DNA of 63,632 nt, counting the filler, from Collodictyon triciliatum (Eukaryota), in the NCBI GenBank assembly GCA_043381765.1. It is 14 parts of 14 records of this genome, joined end to end, with 100 filler letters (N's around TTAATTAATTAA, not from the genome) between each part and the next. Parts side by side here need not be neighbours in the genome. Positions count along the whole stretch, not along the records: positions 41,434 to 45,932 come from JBHJMP010006025.1; positions 46,033 to 50,530 come from JBHJMP010006026.1; positions 50,631 to 56,892 come from JBHJMP010006027.1; 11 more parts are not named here. The stretch is one strand, 5' to 3'. Numbering within the stretch: the stretch's first letter is position 1; each line of letters begins with the position of its first letter. Below are positions 41,590 through 52,598 of the stretch, in pieces. Position numbers and translations under genes: made by a program. The notes beneath the pieces are model-generated. The model searched no databases, was not told the origin of the DNA, and saw only the letters and a program-made list of their open reading frames with translations.

Positions 41590-42346
41590 GTCCACACTGG
41601 GGAACCAGCCGCGGCCTTCTCTGGTGTGATAAATTTTCTTCATATAACAGTAACAGTAATAGTAATAATAGTAATAATAATAATAATAAATAAATAAATA
41701 AATAAATAAAAAACGCGCATATTGGGGTTTCCATTTCTCTTGCTATTTCTTGTTCCTCGTTTCGTATTTGAATGGTTATCTGATTATCTCATCACCTTGT
41801 CCAATTCTTGCAGTACTCCCTCACAACAGCAGGCCAAGTGAAGCAGTGGATTCCAAATATCAAAGGCGAAATCAGCTTCTGTCTTAGGCAGATAGAAGGG
41901 AATAGGAATTACCCGCCTCATAAGATCAAAGTAAGCCATGCTACACAATTCAACGTGTTTCTCTTCATTTATTGGTGGTTCATATTATCAATCTATGGTA
42001 TATCTTCTCTTTCTTTCTTCCTTTCTTTATTCACTCTTACAAGAAAGTGAGGATGAACTCTCAGTCCATGAACTGTCTAATCAACGAAATAATCTCCTGA
42101 ATATACACACATGACAGGAATTTGAGCGACGCTTACAGGAGCTCGAGGCTGAATACAAACGATGGGTTAAACGAGCACAGCAACTTGATCCTGATTCCCT
42201 CGGGACACCCGGTGAACCGCACGAGTATTTCAGCAAGAAGCGAATGGCCGAACTGGTTAGTCCCACTTCCTGTCGGATTATTGCAAACAGACGATCGACA
42301 AAATCTTTGAAAACGAATATACCAACTGAATCAAAAGATACCTTAT
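41590..42346 (+). CDS. Small Isy1-like helical protein, partial
   Basis: Spliced QPRPSL|YSLTTAGQVKQWIPNIKGEISFCLRQIEG..KIK|EFERRLQELEAEYKRWVKRAQQLDP, resembling the Isy1 RP..W...I..EI and L..E...W patterns; clean GT-AG phase-0 introns. Confidence 0.45.
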
Positions 42347-43623
42347 AACGAACAGTATAGTATTTCTATTATAAAACCGTGGCTTGCTTGGTCATATATT
42401 TGATAGTGAAGATAAAAATAAATTGGTCATCAATCAACCTTTATCTGCTAATTTAGAAACATGGCCATAATACCCCTTTGTTACTTATGACACCTGATCC
42501 GCACACTACCAAAGTATTTGAATTATTCCATCGTATTAATGAATATGACAATTTCAAATAAAGATATTTTATGTCGCCATGCAGAAGTATATAAAATTTA
42601 CGGGAATGTTGATATTTCATTAGAGTCTTGTTTCACCTCTACTTGCCATGGACGACAGACAGCAAGCCAAGAAAGCTAAAAAAGAGTATGTCCACATCGT
42701 GCGATACCCTCTTTGAAAAACAACTATATTATGGTGTTTACTTATTTCAGTATATGTTTGTATGATTTGCAGAATAAGCCAAACTGAAAGCCAAGTTACC
42801 ACCGACAAGACACCTCCAGAATCTGTTTGTAAGGTTAATCAAGAAGTCCAACCATCACTCTCTTCATTGTTGTCTATCGGTGATGCATATCCATCCAGTA
42901 GTGAGGACAGTTCGGAAAGAGAGCGGGAAACCAACCATAGAGACAACAAATGATAGATTAAAGAAACTTTGCATGAAATGAAAAAAAAAGGGGGTGGTTG
43001 ACTATATTGAAATGAAATCTTGGAGATAGTTATATATTTGATATCCTTATCTTGTACATTTGAAGTCATTGTAAATGCCTTATGTTTCCAGTACCAAAAT
43101 ATGAATACCATAAAAAGACCTATCAAATTCTTAATGAAATTTCGATTTATTTATTTACTTTACCCCTCACAAAGATTCCTCCACACATGTTTCCCTTTTT
43201 TCTATTTTCACCAATCCAAAGCTTTCTATTTTATTCAACACTATTCCAAAAAAAAACCATAAATACTGAGTATCTTTCAATGCCTAATTTATCGAATTGC
43301 ATTTGCATTTAGGTGCATCCTAAAAAAAATCTCCTAAGAGGAACATATTATAGCTAGAAAATTATTCATAATGATGATAATTATTATGATAGTAATTAAT
43401 TTGTTGAGTCGCGCATTAGCTCGTCCAGTTTTAGGAAAAGCTGGTATTATCATGTGTGAATATGATGACATTCAAAATCATCAATGTTCAAATTACTGAA
43501 CTTATACTCGACTAGACTAGATTATTGAGTGATTCTGATTTATTCCGAGCAGTCACTTTTCTTCCTCTAAATTCCGTTTATTCCTTGGTTGATTTTACTC
43601 TACCATCCTCCAGCACATTCTCA

Positions 43624-44971
43624 TTCAATCTTGCCCAACATTTGGATGCGGTGATTGTCCCAGTTGCAAACATAGAGCATCTAATTCGGCCCAAAGCAGA
43701 CTCTCATGGGTCATTAAAGTGCCCGTTATTTGACGAAGACTGCGACGATGTGCCGAATGTGTGTACAACAACGTTGTCTTTTGTCGAGTTATAAACGCGG
43801 GTGTGATGATTTCTGTATTCACTCACCACAGTTGTGTTGTTTGGGCCTTGTGCAATCGAAACACGATAATTTACTTTATTAATCTTCACCTTGCGTAGAA
43901 ATGTCCCCATCACATCGCAAACTTTGATTTTATCTCCACCGAATCCAATCACACACACTTCGTTTTCTTGCAGTAATATAAATGCCTTCTGGATTTGCGA
44001 TTCCTTTATCACCCAACGATGACTCTGCAGATGAGCGTTCGTACTCAAACACTCTAATGAACTTATCCACTTGATTCTTTCCCTGATTTCCAACGTAGAG
44101 ATTGCCTTCGCTGTCAAATCACATATTGTAGACCCAGAAAATCCCCCAAAGTCGCTCGGTGATGTGCTTTGTGAACTTCTGCGACCCGATTGGATTGCCT
44201 CATCAGATTGAAGTTTTCATCAAAGATTTGAACACGACAACTTCCACCCTGCTCTCCAATAGCAATGCGTCCGTGAAGTGAAATGGCGACTCCGATTGGA
44301 TTATCGAATTGACCAGGGCCCGAACCTTTCGTGCCGAACGTGCAACAAAAGCTCAAATCATCGTTGAGCACTTGAACTCGACAGTTATTGTACTCTACAA
44401 CAAATATTTGCTTTGTCTCTGGATGCGCTGTGATTCCCCACGGATTAGAAAACTGCTGCGTTCCGCCTCCATATGACCCGACCTTCTTCTGAAATGCATA
44501 GTCTTTAATGTTGCATCTCCATGCCTCCTGGTACAAGCCCGCACCCTTTCTCTTATCTTGCTTCTCCTCCCAAATAAAGGGAAAAAAATATTGCTTCTCC
44601 TCCACTTTTCTCTTCACTTCCTCTGCCTTTTTAATCTGCTCCTTCATAGCTCGATGCTCCTGCACTTCGCTTTCCAACTCTTTCATCTGCTTGTCTCTGT
44701 CATCCATGAGCCTCTGCAACTCTATATTTCCTCTCCGCAGCTCATCCAACTCCGATTCAATCTTTGCGTGGACCTCCTTCAACAAATTCGCTACGCTTTC
44801 TCCTATCACGACATCACCTTCCACCTGGATGCCTTCTTTAATTTTCTGCAAATTCACATTGTTGACTTCTTCGATATCTATCTGCAAAACCGTGTGAGCA
44901 AACATGGCACTTTTGAGAAGCTTTGTAACAGTGATATCCTGCTCGTATATTAAATAAAACTCTCTGAGCAT
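43624..44971 (-). pseudogene. Intronless coiled-coil + NHL-repeat protein, disrupted at the 3' end
   Basis: FSNPWGITA..NCRVQVL, FGTKGSGPGQFDNPIGVAI, FNDP*ESAFGPN*MLYVCNWDNHRIQ; frameshifts near 44115 and 43975; two stops. Confidence 0.8.
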
Positions 44972-45128
44972 GGAAATTGAGTGCCATAGAATGTTCTCAG
45001 ATGTCTGTAATATGTGCCGTGTTTACTCGACTTTGTCAACTGCTGGTTTGTAAAGAGAGCATATTGGGTCTCAAAAGACTTTGGTGTTTATTGTTGTCCC
45101 TAGGAGAAAAGATAGAAAGTGGGTGCTA

Positions 45129-45344
45129 CTAGGCATAGAGTGGTCCCGTTAAGTACGAGGCAGGTAGACCCTTCTAGAGGGTTCCCTGGATGCTAGGCCT
45201 TTCCGGAATATTCCCTAGGGCTCTTTCCTGGGAGCCTTCATCATCACACAGCCATGTGAAAAAAGTAGTGAGACGTTGGGTACTGGCGCACCAAGTTAAC
45301 TAATCAATATATTGGTATACATACCAGTTTGCACAATAAATGTC
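45129..45344 (+). ncRNA. Orphan omega-RNA-like scaffold / non-autonomous Fanzor-end derivative
   Basis: 45222-45304 matches the minus strand of 368-451 at 65/84 positions (manual alignment); similar 3' motif GCACAATAAATGTC vs GCAGAATAAAATGCC; no Fanzor coding sequence upstream. Confidence 0.6.
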
Positions 45345-45853
45345 TTATCCTATCATGCAAATACAATGACAGAATTCAAAAAATCAATGTTACATATATG
45401 TTCCAGAATTATGAACCGTTGAGTTTACTTTTCAGGGTGATGTCAACAAAACCCACATCAGAGAAAATCAACGCGGTCTGTGTTGACGACAAATCTGTGT
45501 TATTCAACACTCTCGTTAACGCCATGTTTCGAGACAAGTAATCAAACTACACTTTTGGACACAACCCCACTCGAAACCGAATCCACCGATCAGCCTCGTT
45601 TGCAAAGATCAGAGGCCCGCCGATTAACCACCCACTGAAAGTCATACCTTCGTTTCATTTTTCCGTTCTGTCTCGTGGCTGAGTCAACGCGCAGAGAATT
45701 GCGCCCGACTTATTCCCTGCTTCAGCCGGTTCATTTTGGGGTGATTGACCTTCCTCTCCCCTTATGCTTTGATCGAGTTGATAACATGTTTTTTTTTCTT
45801 CTTTGCTATGTATTTTGTATTTTACGTTCTTTTTTTTTTTTTTTTTTTTTAAC

Positions 45854-45896
<43 letters not shown>

Positions 45897-46032
45897 TTTT
45901 TTTACATGTTTTTATGTTTTTTTTTTTTTTTTNNNNNNNNNNNNNNNNNNNNNNNNNNNNNNNNNNNNNNNNNNNNTTAATTAATTAANNNNNNNNNNNN
46001 NNNNNNNNNNNNNNNNNNNNNNNNNNNNNNNN

Positions 46033-49000
46033 ATGCCCACACGAATTCTGTGAATAGTATAGTTGTTTCGGCTGATGGAACAAAAATCGTGTCAGGAAGC
46101 AGTGATAGCACAATAAAAATGTGGAATTTCTCGGATGGTTTATTATTGAAAACATTTAGTGGACATACTTCACCAGTTCGAAGCGCAGCAATAACATCGG
46201 ATAATTCTGTTTTAGTATCAGGAAGCGATGATATGAATATCAATATTTGGAGAGTTTCAGATGGAACTTTAACTCGTACCTTATTAAGTCATTCTAAAAG
46301 TGTGAATTCTGTTTTCATCATTCCAGATAATAGCAAAATCATATCAGGCAGTGCCGATTTTTCAATAAAAATATGGAATTTATCAGATGGAGCATTAATC
46401 GGAACCATAACAGGTCACGGAAATGCTGTCAGGTGTGTCATTACCTCTCCAGATGGAACAAGAATACTCTCTGGAAGCAGCGATAACACAATCAAAATTT
46501 GGAACATATCAGATGGCGTGTTAATTAGAACAATAAACGGACATACAAGTTCAGTAAATAGCATTTCAATATCACCGGATGGAACAAAATTATATTCTGG
46601 GAGCAGTGATAAATCAGTCAAAATTTGGACAATATCAGACGGAAGAGAAATTCGAACGCTTTTGAGTCACACAGATTCCGTCAATAGTGTTTTCGCTACC
46701 ACTGATTCAAAAATAATTTCAGCAAGCACGGATACATTCATTAAAGTCTGGAGTCCATGCCAAGGAGGATACTTTTTCAACCAACAATCAAATACATGCG
46801 AAAAATGTCTGTCTGGAACTTACAATAATGGAAATGAACTCACCTCTTGTTTATTATGTCCAACTGGAACTTACAACCCATCAACTGGTTCCACAAGCCT
46901 CAGAGATTGTCTTCTGTGTGAGGAAGGAACATATAATAACATTTTGGGTCAATCAATTTGCAAAAAATGCGAGGCTGGAACGTTTAATAACCTAAAGGGT
47001 CAAGTGGCATGTAGTAATTGCATTGCTGGTTTTTACAGCAACCTAGGAGATAAATTGTGTGCTCCATGCCCTGCAGGAACATTCAATCCAAGCATCAGAG
47101 GTGGTGGAAATTCATCCTGTCTGCTATGCGAACCAGGAACATACAACAGCGTCGATGGAAAGTCGAGCTGTTTTGATTGTCCTGCTGGTTTTTTCATCAA
47201 TGAGAAGGGAAAGCAATTTTGTAATCCATGCCCGACTGGAACTTACTCAAACAAAACAAAATCAATCACCTGTGAAAAATGCTCGGCTGGTTCCTACAAT
47301 CATAATGTCGCATCAACCAGTATCAACAACTGTCTGCCGTGTCCTAAAGGAAGGTTTTCATCAAAAACAGGCGAATCAACTTGTGAACTTTGTCAGCCTG
47401 GCTCATACAATCCACATAGTGGTCAACACTCGTGCATCAATTGTACATATGGCACTTATAATCCAAAGTTTGGTTCAACAAGCAACTTATCATGTATTAA
47501 TTGCCCACAAGGCACTTTTGGAAACAGTAACAGAGATGATTGCACATCATGTCCAGCTGGTACGTTCAATAACAAAACTGGCTCATTCAACCAATCATCA
47601 TGTCTATCATGTCCAAACGGAAGCTATAGCTCAGAGAGAAGCTCTTCATGCAATCTATGCTCATCAGGATTCTATCAAAAAGAAGGTGTGATAAAAGATT
47701 TACAATCATGCTATGCATGTCCAAAAGGCACATTCAACTCAAATTTCGGCTCATATGGAAACACATCATGTATTGAATGTCCGCAAGGTACTTGGAATAA
47801 TAAAGATGGTCAAGCATCATGCACATTGTGTCCAGCTGGTACATTTAGTAATAAAACTGGTTCATTTGATCAATCGTCATGCATTTCATGTCCAGACGGA
47901 AGCTACAGCTCAGAAAGAAGCGCATCATGTAGCTTATGCTCATCAGGATTCTATCAAAAAGAGGGAATCAAAAAAGATTCAAAATCATGCTATGCATGTC
48001 CAAAAGGTAAATTCAACTCAAACTCCGGCTCATATGGAAACACATCATGTATTAAATGTCCACAAGGGACTTGGAATGACAGAGATGGTCAAGCATCATG
48101 CACATCGTGTCCAGCTGGTACATTCAACAATAAAACTGGCTCATTCGATCAATCATCATGCATTGAATGTCCAAAAGGAAGCTACAGCCCAGAAAGAAGC
48201 TCATCATGCAGTTTGTGTTCCTCAGGATTCTATCAAAAAGAAGAAATCACAAAAGACTCGAAATCATGCTATACTTGTCCAAAAGGCACATTCAACTCAA
48301 ACTCTGGCTCTTATGGAAATGCATCATGCATTGAATGTTCACAAGGTACTTGGAATGATAGAGATGGTCAAGCATCATGCACAGCATGTCCCGCTGGTAC
48401 ATTCAACAACAAAATTGGTTTATTCAATCAATCATTGTGCATTTCATGTCCAGATGGAGGTTACAGCTCAGAAAGAAGCTCATCGTGCAATTTATGTCCA
48501 TCAGGATTCTATCAAAAAGAAGGTGTCATAAAAGACTCTAAATCATGCTATGCTTGTCCAAAAGGCACATTCAACTCAAACTCCGGCTCATATGGCAACA
48601 AATCGTGTATTGAATGTCCACAAGGCACTTGGAATGATAGAGATGGCCAAGCATCATGCCCATCATGTCCAGCTGGTACATTCAACAATAAATCTGGCTC
48701 ATTCGATCAATCATCATGCATTTCGTGTCCAAATGGAAGCTACAGCTCAGAAAGAAGCGCATCATGCAGCTTATGCTTATCAGGATTCTATCAAAAAGAA
48801 GGAATCATAAAAGACTCACAATCATGCTACGCTTGTCCAAAAGGCACATTCAACTCAAACTCCGGCTCATATGGAAATAAGTCATGCATTGAATGTCCAC
48901 AAGGCACTTGGAATGATAGAGATGGTCAAGCATCATGCACATCATGTCCAGCTGGTACATATAACGATAGAAGTGGTTCATTCGATCAATCATCATGCAT

Positions 49001-50530
49001 TTCGTGTCCAAATGGAAGCTACAGCACAGAAAGAAGCTCATCATGCAGTTTGTGTTCATCAGGATTATATCAAAAAGAAGACATCAGTAAAGACTCACAA
49101 TCATGCTACGCTTGTCCAAAAGGCACATTCAACTCAAACTCCGGCTCATATGGAAACATATCATGCATTGAATGTCCACAAGGTACTTGGAATGACAAGG
49201 AGGGTCAAGCATCATGCACATCATGTACAGCTGGTACACTTAACGATATAACTGGCTCATTTAATCAATCATCGTGCATTCCATGTCAAAATGGAAGCTA
49301 CAGCTCAGAAAGAAGTATATCATGCAGTTTATGTTCACCGGGATTATATCAAAAAGAAGGAATCACAAAAGACTCAAAATCATGCTACGCTTGTCCAAAA
49401 GGCACATTCAACTCAAACTCTGGCTCATATGGAAATAATTCATGCATTGAATGTCCACAAGGTACTTGGAATGATAGAGATGGTCAAGCATCATGCACAT
49501 CATGTTCAGCTGGTACATTCAACAATCAAACTGGCTCATTCAATCAATCATCATGCATTGAATGTCCAAAAGGAAGCTACAGCTCAGAAAGAAGCGCATC
49601 ATGCAGTTTGTGCTCATCAGGATTCTATCAAAAAGAAGACATAATGAAATACTCAAAATCATGCTACGCTTGTCCAAAAGGCTCATTCAACTCAAACTCC
49701 GGCTCATATGGAAACAAATCATGTATTGAATGTCCACAAGGTACTTGGAATGAAAGAGATGGTCAGGCATCATGCACATCATGTCCAGCTGGCACATTCA
49801 ACAACAAAACTGGCTCATTCAATCAATCATCATGCATTTCATGTCCAAATGGAAGCTACAGCTCAGAAAGAAGCGCATCATGCAGCTTATGCTTATCCGG
49901 ATTCTATCAAAAAGAGGGAATCAATAAAGACTCAAGCTCATGCTACGCTTGTCCAAAAGGCACATTCAACTCAAACTCCGGCTCATATGGAAACACATCA
50001 TGTATCGAATGTCCACAAGGAACCTGGAATGATAGAGATGGCCAAGCATCATGTACATCATGTCCAGCTGGTACATTCAACAATCAAACTGGCTCATTTA
50101 ATCAATCATCGTGCATTCCATGTCCAAATGGAAGCTACAGCTCAGTTGGGAGTTCATCATGCAGTCTATGCTTATCAGGATTCTATCAAAAAGAGGCAAA
50201 GATAAAAGACTCAAAATCATGTCAAGCTTGTCCAAGAGGTACATTCAATTCGAACTCCGGATCATATGGAAACATATCATGTATTGAATGTCCACAAGGT
50301 ACTTGGAATGATAGAGAGGGCCAAGCATCGTGTACATCATGTGCAGCTGGTACATTCAACAATCAAGCCGGCTCATTCAATCAATCATCATGTATCGCAT
50401 GTCCTAATGGAAGCTACAGCTCAGAAAGAAGCTCATCATGCAACTCATGTCCTACACGCTCAACAACAACCAAAAAAGGGTCTATATCAATCGATGAGTG
50501 CAAATGCAAAGATTCTTATGTGTCTTTTGG
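46033..50530 (+). CDS. Intronless WD40-repeat + Cys-rich (ephrin-receptor-like/GCC2_GCC3-type) repeat protein, open at both ends
   Basis: Uninterrupted ~1500-aa ORF: about six WD40 repeats (GH..V..V..S.DG..I.SGS.D..IKIW), then CxxCPxGT[FY] repeats. Confidence 0.92.
47540..50450 (+). repeat. In-frame tandem repeat, 279-bp (93-aa) unit, about 10.5 copies
   Basis: The AATCATGC anchor recurs near 47703, 47982, 48261, 48540 and onward at 279-bp spacing. Confidence 0.92.
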
Positions 50531-50630
50531 NNNNNNNNNNNNNNNNNNNNNNNNNNNNNNNNNNNNNNNNNNNNTTAATTAATTAANNNNNNNNNNNNNN
50601 NNNNNNNNNNNNNNNNNNNNNNNNNNNNNN

Positions 50631-52270
50631 CGGAGGACATCGAAGCTGAAAGACGAAAATGGGAATCACGACACATCAGGTACTACGAGCAAATCGACCG
50701 ATGGTTCTTCGGACTCGGCAAAGAAAAAGAAATGACGCTCTACCCTCCACTGCCAGAGTCAGACGAGAATGAACCGCTGCCACCTGAAGAGATTGGCAAA
50801 ACCAACATCCAAAACTTCTACGCCGATGTGTGGAAGAAACGAGACTTTGACCGTGCAACCCTCGAGCTGGTAACAAACAACTGCTCTGTGGCGAACGAAA
50901 GGGAGGCAGAATCCATGGTCAAAGACATTGATGACAGCGAATTGTGGAGCGCTATCAAGTCCATGCCGAAGCGCAAAGCACCAGGCCCTGACCGCCTACC
51001 TAGTGAAGCGTACGCCACCTTCTTCCAAGTCATCAAGACATCCCTCCTGGGACTCCTAAACAGCTTAATTGCAGATGCAGACAATATCCCGGATGGCTTT
51101 ACAGAAGCAATGGTGCGTCTAATCCCAAAGAAAGAGGATGCAACTGACCTCAGAGACTGGCGCCCGATATCGCTGCTCAACAACGACTACAAGATATTTG
51201 CCACAATCCTAAGAAACCGAATCTCTGATATCGCCGACAGGCTCATATCAAAGGAGCAAATAGGATTCATGCGCGGCAGGAACATCGACACAAACATATG
51301 GCTCGTGAACAAGGAATACATGGAATATCAAGTCTCCAAAGACCCACGCATCATGATATTCTACGACCTTGAGAAAGCATATGACTATGTGAACCATGAA
51401 GCCCTAGAAATCATCCTAAAAAAGCGAGGATTCTGCTCAAAGTTCACCACACTTATCAAGAAGCTACACGACAACGCCGCAACTAGGGTTCTGACTGCAC
51501 ACGGCCCTACTGACATAATCCAGAGACAAAGCGGCGTCTACCAAGGATGCCCTCTGGCGCCGCTTCTCTTTAACTTTATCACCGACTGCCTTGCAATACA
51601 CTTCAGAAAGGACAACAAAGTCCGCAACCAATTTCTCTTGCAATATGCCGACGATACAGCCTTCATTCTTCGCTCCCCTGAAGCCGCTATCCTGGCGAAT
51701 GAGTGCATGCAAGAATACAAATTCGTTCGCTCTTGAAGAAAATTAAATGTATTATAATGCACACTTTGCAGCAACGGTGATGAATCCATTGAGCACACAT
51801 ATTTGCAACGTCCCTTCAGTCAAAACCTGCGCGAAACAGCCGGCGAGATTCTTCGACTGACACTCAAGACGGCTGCAGCTGTTGGCTCAATCCAGGCGAT
51901 ATTTGGGCCTCTGCAACAGCTGCGTCCAGATGCAAAAACATTCTGGTCGGTGACGCGAGGCCATTTGCTATGGACTATGTGGATAGCGCGCATATACTCA
52001 CGCAAAACAAGATTCAACAACCAGCCGCCCATTCCTGATAACAGGCTGAATGACATCATACAAATCTCTTTCCTCAATAGCTTTCTTCACCACCTGCACG
52101 TTCTCTACTACTCAGACCCTGTGAGAAGAGACAGATGGAAAGAGGCCGAGAAAGGATATTAAACCTCGCCTTTTATCTATTATGCAAGCACAAGACTCTG
52201 GCTACAGGCCAAAGCGCAGGATGCAATTCATGATTACCGACTACTTCTCCGCCACCCGGCCACCAAGTAG
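50631..52270 (+). mobile_element. L1/Tx1-like non-LTR retrotransposon ORF2 remnant (RT to YADD, then zf-RVT-like tail)
   Basis: KAPGPDRLP, WRPISLLNNDYKIFA, EQIGFMRGRNI, DLEKAYDYVNH, GVYQGCPLAPLLF, QYADD; stop at 51736, then CTLC..DESIEHTY and LWTMWIAR. Confidence 0.9.
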
Positions 52271-52598
52271 CGTGCATGCAAACGATGGCTAGCGAAACAA
52301 AGCCAACATCTCCACCATCCTGCACAAAATTGAAAGGGAAGAATAAAAAGTATGACGGTAAGGTACTTCGTACAAATCGGTAGACTAAGATTTTCGGCTA
52401 AGTAAATTGCCAGTTAACCAATTCTAAATAATAACATTAATTCATGGGGGTTGAAAAAGGACTTTGACGATCCATTCATAGAGGCGATAATACATCAATA
52501 TCATTTTATTAGACTTTGAGATAATTTTCGGCTGAAATGGTAAATGCCCCCTCTTAGTTAGATGTCAAAAATGTATAGTGTTCTCCTTCTAATTGTTT

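Noticed and set aside
47059-50586. His/Gln-rich overlapping ORFs in alternative frames
   Set aside because: Shadow frames of the Cys/Ser-rich tandem repeat.
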